Shown here: positions 17,359 through 28,653 of the stretch, one piece after another | How positions within the stretch are numbered: the stretch's first letter is position 1 | How the letters are laid out: the number at the start of each line of letters is the position of its first letter | Virus record (IMG/VR): IMGVR_UViG_2974646296_000001 | Location: 4,965 to 68,964 of that record | Reading direction: 5' to 3' (one strand) | Source: a virus | Lineage: Duplodnaviria; Caudoviricetes | DNA: 64,000 nt | Position numbers and translations under genes: made by a program | Notes under the pieces: generated by a model | Databases searched by the model: none | Seen by the model: only the letters and a program-made list of their open reading frames with translations | Told to the model about the DNA's origin: nothing

Positions 17359-18068
17359 ATGCAACTTAAACCAATATATGAAGAAACATTCCTTAAAAAT
17401 ATAATTTATTATTTTAATTTTAATCGAAATTATAATTACACTTTTAACCCTAGGTTAAGATTTTTTACACGACATGATTATATAAAACCATTAAGTGAAT
17501 ACACTTGGTTAAGGAAAGTTAAATGAATTTACTTCCTACCTATACCAATATTAATGCCCCTACTCAAATTTGGTTTGATATTTTACCTCATAGTTATTCT
17601 TTTAAACTTAGTGATTGGTTTCATCTAATTGTTGCATCGCCTTTAAGTGAAACAGAAGGATTTATAAGGATTAAACCAAATGGAATTACTTAATACCTAT
17701 TGGTTAACTTCAAACAACTTACGTGTTTCTTTTGATTATTTAATAGATGGTTTTGATTTTATTCGAGACTCTAAAGAATTCAAAACTTATACCAATGCAG
17801 TAGAAAAAAGACTACAAATTAAAGATTTCCCTGAAGCTAGAAGGATTACAAGAAATTGAAATTGTTACCTGTGTTTAACTTTTCAAGTTCTGAGTTAATT
17901 TCATTTGATTACCCTGATTTAGACATTGGATTAGACTTTAATTTTTATAGATTAAAATTTACGAGTACATCTAATATATCTAACTCAGGTACTTCAATTA
18001 AGGATGCAAAATATTTCAAAAGAGTTATTAAAAATGAAATTAAACCAAGACCAAGAACAAGTACTTAA
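17359..18068 (+). CDS. Cluster C of mini-ORFs: 17359-17526, 17523-17693, 17680-17859, 17856-18068
   Basis: Starts MQLKPIY, MNLLPTY, MELLNTY, (TTG)KLLPVF; each overlaps the next. Confidence 0.75.
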
Positions 18069-19194
18069 AAGCTTAGTTACCTTTATGGCTATGCCTTCAG
18101 CTAAAGATATTATTGTTGATGCACCTGCTGGCTGCGGTAAAGGTTACTTAATTAATTATATTGAAAAGAACAGAAGTAATATCATTGATAGAGTTAAAAT
18201 GGTTTATGAACAATTTAACCAGCAATTTTATTACACAGCTACAACCAATGAAGCAGTGTCTAATTTACCTAGTACAGCTTCTACTATTTATTCCTTTACC
18301 GGTTTAAGACCTAATTACGATGGGTCATTCTTTAAAAAAATTAATTCTAATTTAACAGCTTCAGTAGTTATTATTGATGAAGCTAGTTATATAGACGAAC
18401 AAGCTTATAAAGCTATTCGTAAACAATTACCTAATGCAAAGATTATTTGGGTAATGGATCAATACCAGTTAGCTCCAGTTAAATCTGATGAACCATATAT
18501 ACCTACACTTGGTTTTAAAGTTTTACCAATGAATACTGTTGAACGTAACAAAGGACATATTCAATCAGTGAGTATGTTATTACGTGATGCAGTAGCTAAT
18601 AAAACCAATATTGATTTAACTAGATATACTGATGGTTTATCTGTTGAATTACTTAGCCCAACTGAATTTGATAATAAGATTATTCATGAATACTCTACTA
18701 GACCTAATGAAGAGTTGAAGTATCTTGGCTTTACTAATGAAACTGTAAAGCTATATAACAATGCAATTCATAAGAATGTATTCAAGAATCCATCATTCCC
18801 TCATGTTGGTGCTAGAGCACTAATCAATAAATATAATGACAATATTCGTCATCGTGTAGGTACACCTCTTAATATTCTTTCAGTGAACTATGTAAATGTA
18901 ACTTTGGACTATGGCATAGAAATTACTGAAGTACATTTAGATACTTCATTGGGTAGTCTCATTCTATGTGATTCCAAAGTACCTGCTAAGGTTTATAACC
19001 CTAACAAGTTTCTGTACTCAGAGATTACTTTACCTTATGCATGTACTGTTCATAAGTCCCAAGGACAATCTATAGATACTATCTTTATAGATTTACCAGA
19101 CATTGAAAGATGTTGGGATAAAGAAATGGTACGTAGACTTAGATATGTAGCTTGGTCTAGAGCTATTAATAAGATTTATTTAAAAGGTTATTAA
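18034..19194 (+). CDS. SF1 (Dda/RecD-like) DNA helicase
   Basis: APAGCGKG, IIDEAS, DQYQLAPV, YACTVHKSQGQS, YVAWSRA; start MKLNQDQ at 18034 preferred over 18004. Confidence 0.93.
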   Translation: MKLNQDQEQVLKSLVTFMAMPSAKDIIVDAPAGCGKGYLINYIEKNRSNIIDRVKMVYEQFNQQFYYTATTNEAVSNLPSTASTIYSFTGLRPNYDGSFFKKINSNLTASVVIIDEASYIDEQAYKAIRKQLPNAKIIWVMDQYQLAPVKSDEPYIPTLGFKVLPMNTVERNKGHIQSVSMLLRDAVANKTNIDLTRYTDGLSVELLSPTEFDNKIIHEYSTRPNEELKYLGFTNETVKLYNNAIHKNVFKNPSFPHVGARALINKYNDNIRHRVGTPLNILSVNYVNVTLDYGIEITEVHLDTSLGSLILCDSKVPAKVYNPNKFLYSEITLPYACTVHKSQGQSIDTIFIDLPDIERCWDKEMVRRLRYVAWSRAINKIYLKGY

Positions 19195-19195
19195 A

Positions 19196-19645
19196 ATGAA
19201 ACCAAGATTAGATAAAGCAAAGATTAAGGAACATCATTTAAATTATCTATTTAGTAAACGTTTAAAAGCAGCAAAAGAAGAATACTCAGATGCTGTTAGA
19301 GATAGTATTTATGCTACACAGATAGTTTCATATAGAAACAATACTTTTAATCCTTTGGATTTAAAACCAAAAGACATTACTAGTATCTATGAACTTAAAC
19401 CTGATACAGAACATGCTCGTAGATTAGATAGATATATCCGAGTAATGGATGATTTAACTGAGAGTACTGGACACCTTACTTATATTCTCAACTTCGTTGA
19501 GTCAGTAGCGGAGTTTAATTTAATTGTTAATGGTTCTGGAACTATATATTCAGATAGAGAAGAAGAAGTACTTAACTTTATCAAACAGAACCAAGATAAA
19601 TTAAGACAACTTAAACGAATGAAACTATTATCTGAAATGGTTTAG
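19196..19645 (+). CDS. Hypothetical protein between helicase and polymerase
   Basis: ORF track; position matches N4-like gene order. Confidence 0.7.
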   Translation: MKPRLDKAKIKEHHLNYLFSKRLKAAKEEYSDAVRDSIYATQIVSYRNNTFNPLDLKPKDITSIYELKPDTEHARRLDRYIRVMDDLTESTGHLTYILNFVESVAEFNLIVNGSGTIYSDREEEVLNFIKQNQDKLRQLKRMKLLSEMV

Positions 19646-19654
19646 GAGGTTGTT

Positions 19655-22600
19655 ATTTATCATATCATTCATGAACATTCTGATAGTTATCTAGTAGCTA
19701 TTCTTACTAAAGAAGATGCTCTAAATAAAACAGCTATAGAACAATACTATATTAACCCAATGGTTAAATTAGGTATGAGTTCTCATCAATTTATTAGCTT
19801 TAGTCTTACCTATGACAATCCAAAGAAAGTTACTGCTAAAGGTGGTAGAGAATATTTGGATGAATTACTCCCAATACTAAAAGAACTTAATATTAAGTAC
19901 CTGTATTGTACTGATGGTAATTATTTCAAATTACTAACCAAGTGTAAGAAAGCAGAACCTAATTATGGTTATGTCTTGGATTGTGCTATTGAAGGTTATA
20001 CTCATATGAAAGTTGTATTGAGTGCTAACCATAGAGGTTTATTTATTAATGATAAACTTCAAGACAAGATAGACTTAGCTAATTATAAATTGGTTGAACA
20101 TAAGCTTGGTAACTATCAAGAAATTGGAACCAATATAATTAAACATGCTGAATATATTCCTGCTGACCCAGTAAGAATTAAAGAAGCATTGGATAGGTTA
20201 CATCAATATGATTCTATTACCTGTGACACAGAGACATTCTCACTTAAACATACTAGAGCTGGGCTGGGAACGATTGGATTCGCTTGGTCTGAAAACGAAG
20301 GTATCTGTATCGACATTGAACACTTTAGTAAGACCAGAGGAATGGGCATACTTAAGTTTAAATCAACTATACTTTCACTGCTCAAAGAGTTTTTTGAAAA
20401 TTATAAAGGTAATGTTAAATACCACAACGCATCGTATGACATAAAGATTCTTATCTATTTACTCTGGATGGATAATCTTTTAGATACTGCTGGTTTAATT
20501 AAAGGATTAAATGTTTTAACCAGAAACTTTGATGACACCAAGATTATTGCTTACCTAGCTACCAATAGTTGCGCAGAAAATAAGTTAAGTTTAAAAGACT
20601 TAGCGCATGAATTTGCAGGTAACTATGCTCAATCAGATATCAATGACATAACCAAAATACCTAACGATAAACTTATGGAATATAACTTAGTGGATTGTTT
20701 ATCTACTTGGTTCGTATTCAATAAGTATTATCCAATTATGCTTCAGGATAATCAGTTACATGTTTATGAGTTCTTTAAGAAGATATTAAAAAATATTATT
20801 CAAATGGAACTTACAGGTATGCCTATAAACATGCAACGAGTATTGGAAGTTAAAGCTGAGATATCTGGTATTGTTGATAAGTATCGTAAAGTACTTAATG
20901 AATCACCATTGATGAAGAAGTTTACTTTAGCAACCAGACAGAAACTCTATGAAGAGAAGCAAGCTAGCCTAAAGCAAAAAATAATCACCATTGACGATAT
21001 TAAGTATGAATTCAACACTAACAGTAATAAACAGTTAATTGAATTACTTCATGAGTTCTTTGGTTTTGAAGTATTTTCTACAACTGACACTGGCCAACCT
21101 GCGGTTGGTAGTGATGAGTTAAAAGGTCACATTGGTAGAACTGAGAACCAAGAAATAAAAGATATTCTAAAAGCTATTATTAAAATCCAAGAAGGTGAAA
21201 AGATTCTTGGAACATTTATTAGTAAGTTTGAAGAAGCTGAACTTGGTCCTGATGGTTGGTATTATCTATTTGGTTCATTGAACCTTGGGTCAGTAGTGTC
21301 GGGCAGATTATCTAGCAGCAACCCTAATCTCCAAAACCTTCCCAGTGGCAGTTCCTATGGCAAGTTAGTTAAGTCTTGTTTCCAAGCTCCTCCCGGCTGG
21401 TTATTCTGTGGGTTAGATTTCAACTCGTTAATACACTAGCGACTTCACATAGTAATATGTGTCGAAAAACTTTTTGAATTCGGTAAAAATCTTACTGCGT
21501 GATGGCAAAGACAATACCGAGCGAAGCTTGTAAACTTATCTTACTTAAGTTAAAGTCTAATTTTAACCAAAGAGGGTAAGTAAATGGAAAAAATTATTGA
21601 AGGGTTTCCCAACTACAAAATTACAGATGAAGGTAAAGTACTAACTTGTTACGTCAATAAGCATCACACCGATGTTACACAGTGGCGAGAACTTACCCCA
21701 GTCTTGGATAAAAGTTGTGGATATTATTTAGTTACTCTTTGTCATGAAGGGGTTAGAAAAAATAAACGCATACATCGTCTTTTGATGGAAGCCTTTGTAC
21801 CTAACCCAGAAAACAAAGATCACGTTAACCACATAGATGGTAATAAACTAAATAATTCTCTAAGCAACCTCGAATGGGCAACTTGCAAAGAAAACTCTAA
21901 CCATGCTATTAAGTTGGGTTTATGTGATAAACGTAATGAAAAACTTAACAAAGCTGTTGAACAATACTCTGCTGATGGCTCTGAATTTATTCAGGAACAT
22001 GTATCACTACATGAAGCAAGTAGATCAACCGGTATTGCATGGCAAAATATTTCTAAAGTAGTTAGAGGTTTAAGACCTCGTGCCGGAGGATTCCATTGGA
22101 AATACAAGAACGTGTAGAGACTATCCCGAAAGGGAGTAGGGTATAAGCTATTGATGCCCGAAGCGGAAAGCATCTCATTGAGATGGTGATATAGTCCCAT
22201 CTATGTAGAAATACATAGCAGCATATAATGATGCGGTGGGTAGAGTAGCGTCTACCTATGAAGATAATGTAGAGGATAATGTAAACATTCTACTAACTCG
22301 TGACCCAAACAAACTTAAGATTAGGTTACAAGGATTTGATGGACATAGTTATCGTTGTTATAACTTCTGGCCTGAGATGTTTCCTAACATTAATCCTGAA
22401 TCCCCAGAGAGTATTAACTCGATAAAAGATACAAATGATGCGCAGCGTAGTAAGGCGAAGGCACCTCACTTTGCGTTACAATATCTTGGTACATGGGCAA
22501 CTCTCGTTACCAACTGTGGATTCTCTAAAGATGAAGCTAAACGTATTGAAGAACGTTATAAGCGAATGTTTAAAGTATCTTACGATTGGGTTGAAGCTAA

Positions 22601-23234
22601 ACTAGACCAAGCCAGTATAGATGGGTATGTAACATTAGCGTTTGGTTTACGCTTGCGTACTCCAATCTTAGCTAAGACTATTCTTGGTAATGGATTTACC
22701 CCTAAACAAGCAGCAGCAGAATCCAGAACAGCAGGTAATGCTGTTAGTGGTCAAAGCTATGGTTTGTTAAATAGTCGTGCTGGTGTAGAGTTTCAAGAAA
22801 GAGTATTTAATTCAGAATATGCATTGGATATTAGACCTTCAGTACATATTCATGATGCCCAATATTTCATGATTCGTGATGATGTCAAAATAGTAGAGTG
22901 GGTTAATAATAACCTAGTCGAATGTGTAGAGTGGCAAGACTTACCTGAGTTACATCACCCTGAGATTAAATTAACAGGTGAATTAGGTATCTTCTATCCT
23001 GCTTGGCATAACGAAATCACCTTGAAACATAATTCATCTCAAATTGATTTACTTAATACTTGTGCAAAAGGTAAAGCTAAGTATTACGTGAAGAAATATC
23101 TAAGCTCATTGAACCAAACAGAATTAAATGAATTAACTAGTAAATACACAACTGAAGTATTTAGTGAATCTAAAGACTCTATTGAATATTTAATGGGTAA
23201 TCATTTATTTGATGTTTATAAATTAATTAAATAA
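19655..23234 (+). CDS. Family A DNA polymerase (N4 gp39-like), exons about 19655-21428 and 22270-23234
   Basis: Exonuclease DTET/HNASYD; GRLSSSNPNLQNLP; joining gives DFNS|LEDNVN; RSKAKAPHFALQYLG; HIHDA. Start uncertain (ATT 19655 vs ATG 19760). Confidence 0.92.
21429..22269 (+). mobile_element. Group I intron in the DNA polymerase (motif A)
   Basis: P1 UCGU/GCGA; GAATTCGGTAAAA, AATACCGAG, GTGTAGAGACTA, GATATAGTCC; terminal G22269. Confidence 0.88.
21584..22117 (+). CDS. Intron-encoded HNH endonuclease with a NUMOD1-like C-terminus
   Basis: IHRLL...VNHIDGNKLNNSLSNLEW; SLHEASRSTG. Confidence 0.92.
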   Translation: MEKIIEGFPNYKITDEGKVLTCYVNKHHTDVTQWRELTPVLDKSCGYYLVTLCHEGVRKNKRIHRLLMEAFVPNPENKDHVNHIDGNKLNNSLSNLEWATCKENSNHAIKLGLCDKRNEKLNKAVEQYSADGSEFIQEHVSLHEASRSTGIAWQNISKVVRGLRPRAGGFHWKYKNV

Positions 23235-23282
23235 AAAGAAGGGTATATCAATCCGGATATACCCTGTAACACCATTTATTAA

Positions 23283-23918
23283 ATGGTTAATCGTCATGGA
23301 GAAATATACGTGAAATCTATCACTTTGAATAGCGAAATTCGTCAAGCAATCCTAGATAACATTGCAACTGCTTACGACAAAGCTAACCCAAAACCAGAAT
23401 TAACAATTGATACCAAAGGTATTCTTGAGAAAGCTGTACGTACTCATTACCTAAAGCAATCACTTGCTCTACGTAAACTTGTAGAAGAAAATCCAGAACT
23501 ACAAGGTGCAATGAATACTCGTAAATATATTCGATACACAACTCCTACTGGAAATTGGGAAGAAATTCGAACTGAAGAAAATGAAGTATTCTATTCTAAG
23601 TATGCAGATACAACTCGTGATTTCCGCAATACAGAATACTTAGCTAAGAATCCAAGCCTGAAGAAAGCAGCAGAAGAATTTACTTCACTTCAGAAAGCAG
23701 CACGTCTAGAACGTCAAGCACTATCTAATTGGGAAAATGAACGTACTAAGTATCTTGATGAAATCATGCAAGTACTTAAAGGTGTTCGTACTACCAAACA
23801 ACTTATTGAACAGTGGGAAGAAGTTAAAGAGTACATTCCTCAAGCTTACTTTAACCCAAGTAAGATTGCTCTACCTGCTATCAATACAGCAGCACTTAAC
23901 TCTAAGTTAGGTAAGTAA
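23283..23918 (+). CDS. Nmad5-like protein (likely start GTG at about 23310)
   Basis: LNSEIRQAI...VRTTKQLIEQWEEV pattern; GGAG RBS before GTG. Confidence 0.6.
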   Translation: MVNRHGEIYVKSITLNSEIRQAILDNIATAYDKANPKPELTIDTKGILEKAVRTHYLKQSLALRKLVEENPELQGAMNTRKYIRYTTPTGNWEEIRTEENEVFYSKYADTTRDFRNTEYLAKNPSLKKAAEEFTSLQKAARLERQALSNWENERTKYLDEIMQVLKGVRTTKQLIEQWEEVKEYIPQAYFNPSKIALPAINTAALNSKLGK

Positions 23919-23934
23919 TAAAACTAGTAGGGGA

Positions 23935-24417
23935 GTGCATACTCCCCTTAAATTATCTAAGGAACTTATGTCTACTTTAAATGAAATGTTCGATGAGTTT
24001 AATTCTACTTATGATTACAAACCAGTAGAGCTAACTCCAGAGTCTCTCACTAAAACTCTAAAATTAATCCAAGATGAAGTTGATGAGATTGGTGAAGAAA
24101 TTAAAGAACCCTTAGTTAAACCAAATATAGCTAAAGAATTAGCTGATAACTTATATATCACTATGCAGCAAATGCGAGCATATGGTATGGATATTGATGG
24201 GTTACTTAAAGAACTACATCGTTCTAATCTATCTAAAACAGTCCCTGCTTCTCTTGCTGACTTCTATGTACAAGAAGCTAAACCTCGTTATCCAAAAGCA
24301 TATGCAATGATTAAAGGTGACAGAGCTATTCTACGCTGCACTGAAACCAATAAAGTAATTAAACCAAGTATCTACTCACCAGCAGTTATTGGTAAACACT
24401 TATATGGGGAAGCATAA
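23935..24417 (+). CDS. MazG-like NTP pyrophosphohydrolase
   Basis: IQDEVDEI...KELADNLY...LHRSNLSK. Confidence 0.75.
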   Translation: MHTPLKLSKELMSTLNEMFDEFNSTYDYKPVELTPESLTKTLKLIQDEVDEIGEEIKEPLVKPNIAKELADNLYITMQQMRAYGMDIDGLLKELHRSNLSKTVPASLADFYVQEAKPRYPKAYAMIKGDRAILRCTETNKVIKPSIYSPAVIGKHLYGEA

Positions 24418-25430
24418 TGCCAGCATCAGTAACCAATAATAGTAATATCCCATTATCTGTTGCAGTGTTCCTTGCAAGTAACTCTTATGATTTTAAACCA
24501 AATCCAAAATCATTAAGTGCTACTGACTTTAACCGTTCTATTCGTCAGATTATTTTACGTAACCGTATCAATGGTGGTGCTCTAGCAACTGAACCAACAG
24601 ATATTATTAACTTAGTTAAGTCTAAGAATGGTGTATCAATCCATGATTCTATTGAGAAGACTTGGCTAGATGACAAGGTACGCAAAGCTGCATTAGAAGC
24701 TCTTGGTTACCCAGAAGCAGTAATTAATCGTATTGTGGTTAACCCTACAGATGATCACCTAAAAGACAATCCAGACTGTATTCCAGTTTATATGGAACTA
24801 CGTAACTCAATTGAGTTAGATGGTTATACAATTTCAGGTAAGTTTGATTTTGTAGCTGAAGGGGGATTAACTGACTTTAAATCTACTGGCACTTGGAAGT
24901 ACAAAGATTTAGAGAAAGCAGATAAAGATTATCGAACTCAAGGTTCAATCTATAAAGTAATCCATAAAGATAAGATTACCCAAGACCACATGACTATTGT
25001 TTTCTGGTTCACAGATTGGTCTAAGAATCGTTCTTTATCTGACCCAAATTATCCTAAAGCTCCAATTGTACCCCATAAAGTTAAGTTGCTTAATGGAGCT
25101 GAAACTATTAACTTTATGCGAGCATTTATTGCTGAAATTGAAAAACATAAAGATACTCCTGAACATCTATTACCTGATTGTACAGCAGAACAATTATGGC
25201 AAGACGAACCAACCTATAAGTATTACAAGAACCCTGAGAAGCGTACTCGTTCAACAGCTAACTTCGATACCTTTGCTGAAGCTCAGAAAAGATTTATTGA
25301 AGATGGTGCTGTAGGTGTTGTAGTTACTGTTCCCGGTAAAGCTAAAGCTTGTCTGTATTGTAAAGCATTTGATGCTTGTACTCAGAAAGATAGATTAATT
25401 GAAGCAGGGTTATTAGAAATAGAAGACTAG
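24417..25430 (+). CDS. PD-(D/E)XK exonuclease (N4 gp42-like)
   Basis: SGKFDF...TDFKST, TQGSIY, C-terminal CLYC...C. Confidence 0.8.
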   Translation: MPASVTNNSNIPLSVAVFLASNSYDFKPNPKSLSATDFNRSIRQIILRNRINGGALATEPTDIINLVKSKNGVSIHDSIEKTWLDDKVRKAALEALGYPEAVINRIVVNPTDDHLKDNPDCIPVYMELRNSIELDGYTISGKFDFVAEGGLTDFKSTGTWKYKDLEKADKDYRTQGSIYKVIHKDKITQDHMTIVFWFTDWSKNRSLSDPNYPKAPIVPHKVKLLNGAETINFMRAFIAEIEKHKDTPEHLLPDCTAEQLWQDEPTYKYYKNPEKRTRSTANFDTFAEAQKRFIEDGAVGVVVTVPGKAKACLYCKAFDACTQKDRLIEAGLLEIED

Positions 25431-25437
25431 AGGAACT

Positions 25438-28400
25438 ATGAAACCTGTAGAGCAATTAAAACATCACCCAACAGTAGAAACCTTAGTAGATATTTTATCT
25501 GCTCGTACTCAAAACCCAGATAAGAGTTTCTTTACTATCTTGGTTTGTTACCACTTAACTAAATTAGCTTCAATGATGAGAGCTAAAGTAGATGCCCAAG
25601 GATTTGGTAATCTGCATTGTAATTTCTATGGTATAAACACAGCTCCCAGCGGGTATGGTTTGCAAAAGCCCACAGTATAAACTGTGAATGTTACTTAATT
25701 GTCGGGGAAATCCTTAGAGCTTCATATACCAAGCTACGATAGTAATATACGTAGTGGCGGGAATAATTACCCCGGTATGGTAAAAAGTATGAAGATTGGA
25801 CAATCCGCAGCTAACGCCCTGTAAAGGGTACAAGTTCAACGACTATCCCTTGGACACACCGCTAATAAAGAAGTGTCATTAGGAGTACGGCTCAAGTGAG
25901 TGGGTGAAAATCCCTTAAATGGAAATGGTAACTCTTTTAGTTGACACTTTCCTGAGATGGTTCTAGATTATAATCTGATCCCAACTTAGGAAAGTGTTAT
26001 GGAAATTTGGAAAGACATAGAAGGTTATGAAGGACTTTATCAAGTCAGTTCACTAGGTAATGTAAAATCTTTAGAAAGATCAATTTTAAATAAAAATGGT
26101 AAACCTCAAAGATACCCTGAAAAATTATTAAAATTTGACTTAACTAAAATGGAAAATACTACATATTATCGTGTCACTTTAAGTAAAAATCATGTGACAA
26201 CCCGATATTTAGTGCATCGCCTAGTAGCTTCTGCTTTTATAAATAATCCTTCACATAAGCCTTTTATAAACCACATAGACAATGATGGTACAAACAATTC
26301 AATTAACAATCTTGAATGGTGTACACACTCAGAAAATATGAAACATGCCCAAAACCAAGGTAGATTATTTAATGCCCAATCAAAAGGCGGTAAGTTAGGC
26401 AGTATAAAAGAAGTTCAAGCTGCAATAATTAAATCGCAAAGTATTGTTGGAAATATCTATGGGAACTGGGAAGTTCTTAAACCTTTAGGTAAACAAGGTA
26501 AAGGTAAGGGAAAATATTATGTTGAATGTATTTGTAGAGGGTGCAGTAGTACACATTCTGTAGAAGTTGGAAGACTTTTAAGGAATGAAACAACTCAATG
26601 TCGTAAATGTGGGCAAGCTAAAAGAAAGATATAGTCTAGTATCCTAACGAAAGTTAGGGAAGTTCATAAGAGAACTGTAGGGGTTAACGCCCCCTATGAA
26701 TTTACGAAAGGTCATGCCACCAAGATTATGGAAGAACAAGTATTACATTTATTCAGAAATGAATTCATGGAATACACTTTACCGACCATTGCAGAGAAAT
26801 CCCTAACTGATTTAGCTAATAAACGTGCATTACGTAAAGGTGTAGATGAAGCAGAAGAATTAGATAAAGTTAAACAAGAGTACCGTAGAATTGGTGCTTA
26901 TCTAACTTCATTTGATTCAGGTACTACACCAGCTCTTAAACAATTTAGACATGGTTTACTTATGTCTGAAATTGGTTCTATAAACTTTGAGAGCGATGAA
27001 ATGGCTAATAATCTACTCAGCAATAAAGAAATACTAGATACCTATCTAGAACTTTATGACGGAGTAGTTAAACCAAAGTTAACCAAGAATACTGCTGAAT
27101 CTGTACGTAATGAAGAAATTGAAGGTAAGACACCAACTAATATGTTGATGTATGGTACTGCTTCAATGCTTCTAGATGGTTCAACAACAGAGAAGATGTT
27201 CTTTGATATGTTGACTACTGGGTATGCTCGCAGATGTTTCTTTGGTTATTCTTCAATTGAAGCTTGCACTAAAAAGCTAACTGTAGCTGAAAGATTAGCT
27301 AACTTAACTGATACTACATCAGACACTAAGTTACATAACATTGCTATTCAGTTACATAAATTAGCTGATCCAGTAAACCATAACTTCCAAGTACGTATTC
27401 CTAATGATGTTATGCAAGCAATCATTGAGTATCAAATCTACTGTGAAGAACTCATGGAGTCATTTAGACAAAGTGATGAAATACGTAGGGCTGAAGCTCG
27501 TGGTAGATATTTCAAAACTATTCGTCTAGCAGGTGCATTTGCATTCTTGGATTCTGCTGCTCAAATGACAATGGAACATTGGGAAGCAGCAGTTAAAGTA
27601 GCTGAAATGTCTGCTAAGTGTTTCAATGATTTGTTATCTCGTGACCCAGCATTTGCAAGACTTGCATTATTCCTATCTGAATGTAAGGAACCAATGACAC
27701 ATGCAGATTTAATGGAAGAAGTACCATATTTCCCTAAAGCATCTAATGCTCAGAAGGATATGATTAAACATGCTACTGCTTGGGGTTATAAGAATAACGT
27801 AATCATTAAGAAAACATTTACTGATGATATTGAATTCCTCCAAGGTGAGAGCTTACAAGCTACTAACCTAGACCAACTAATGTTGAGTTGGAGTAAAGAT
27901 ATTGCAGTAGGTTATACACCTGAATTAAAAGTACCATTCTCTAAATTAGATATCATTACTAAGATGGATGGTGGTAACTGGTGTAACCATAGGTTCTTGG
28001 AAGGTTTACGTAGACAGACACACGTAATCAAAGGATTTAATTTATTGGTTCTTGATATTGATGGTACTGCTACATTAGATGAAACCAAGAAGATTCTTGA
28101 AGATTACACATATTACATTTACACAACTAAACGTCACCAACTAGCTGAAGATGGTAAACCAGCAGCGGACAGATTTCGGATTATTCTACCTATGAGTCAT
28201 GTTCTTAAATTGAACATAGATGAATATAAAGAATTTATGCACAACGTGTTGGAAACTCTTCCCTTTGAAACTGATGAGCAAACTACTCAAGCCAACCGTA
28301 AATGGTTAGCTAATAAAAATGCTCAAGTGTTTACAAATGAAGGTAAGTTATTTGATGTATTACCATTCATCCCTAAAACCAAGAAGAACGAAGAACGTAA

Positions 28401-28650
28401 GCAGTTTATTGATACTACTGGTTCAATGGATAAGTTAGAACGTTACTTCTTCTCTAAGATTGAGGAAGGTAACCGTAATAACACTATCTTCAAGTATGGT
28501 GCAGCATTAGTTGATTCTGGCAGAGGATTAGATGACTTGGTTCTAAAGATTAAATCTTTTAACTCTAAGTTACCTAAACCAATTCCAGATGAAGAATTAA
28601 ACAATACTGTAATTCAATCTGTCACAAGACAGTTTTATAAGAAAGGTTAA
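25438..28650 (+). CDS. DNA primase (N4 gp43-like), exons 25438-25659 and 26707-28650 (about 721 aa)
   Basis: Joining gives APSGYG|KGHATKIME; LVLDID, YTTKRH, EGNRNN primase and PriCT-like motifs. Confidence 0.9.
25660..26706 (+). mobile_element. Group I intron in the primase (P-loop)
   Basis: P1 GGUUU-GCAA-AAGCC with U-G; GTCGGGGAAA, AATCCGCAG, GTTCAACGACTA, AAGATATAGTCT; terminal G26706. Confidence 0.9.
25999..26634 (+). CDS. Intron-encoded NUMOD4-HNH homing endonuclease
   Basis: WKDIEGYEGLYQVSSLGNVKS; INHIDNDGTNNSINNLEW. Confidence 0.93.
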   Translation: MEIWKDIEGYEGLYQVSSLGNVKSLERSILNKNGKPQRYPEKLLKFDLTKMENTTYYRVTLSKNHVTTRYLVHRLVASAFINNPSHKPFINHIDNDGTNNSINNLEWCTHSENMKHAQNQGRLFNAQSKGGKLGSIKEVQAAIIKSQSIVGNIYGNWEVLKPLGKQGKGKGKYYVECICRGCSSTHSVEVGRLLRNETTQCRKCGQAKRKI

Positions 28651-28653
28651 ATT

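Noticed and set aside
17307-18034. Absence of rIIA/rIIB before the helicase as a novelty
   Set aside because: The genome is incomplete in this window and rII genes are variably present in N4-like phages.
22236-22280. Independent start of the polymerase C-terminal ORF, and the EDNV-EDNV duplication
   Set aside because: The first EDNV copy is intron sequence; splicing at G22269 restores DFNSLEDNVN.
24417-25430. Cas4 as part of a CRISPR system
   Set aside because: The PD-(D/E)XK exonuclease sits in the standard N4 replication block with no other cas genes.
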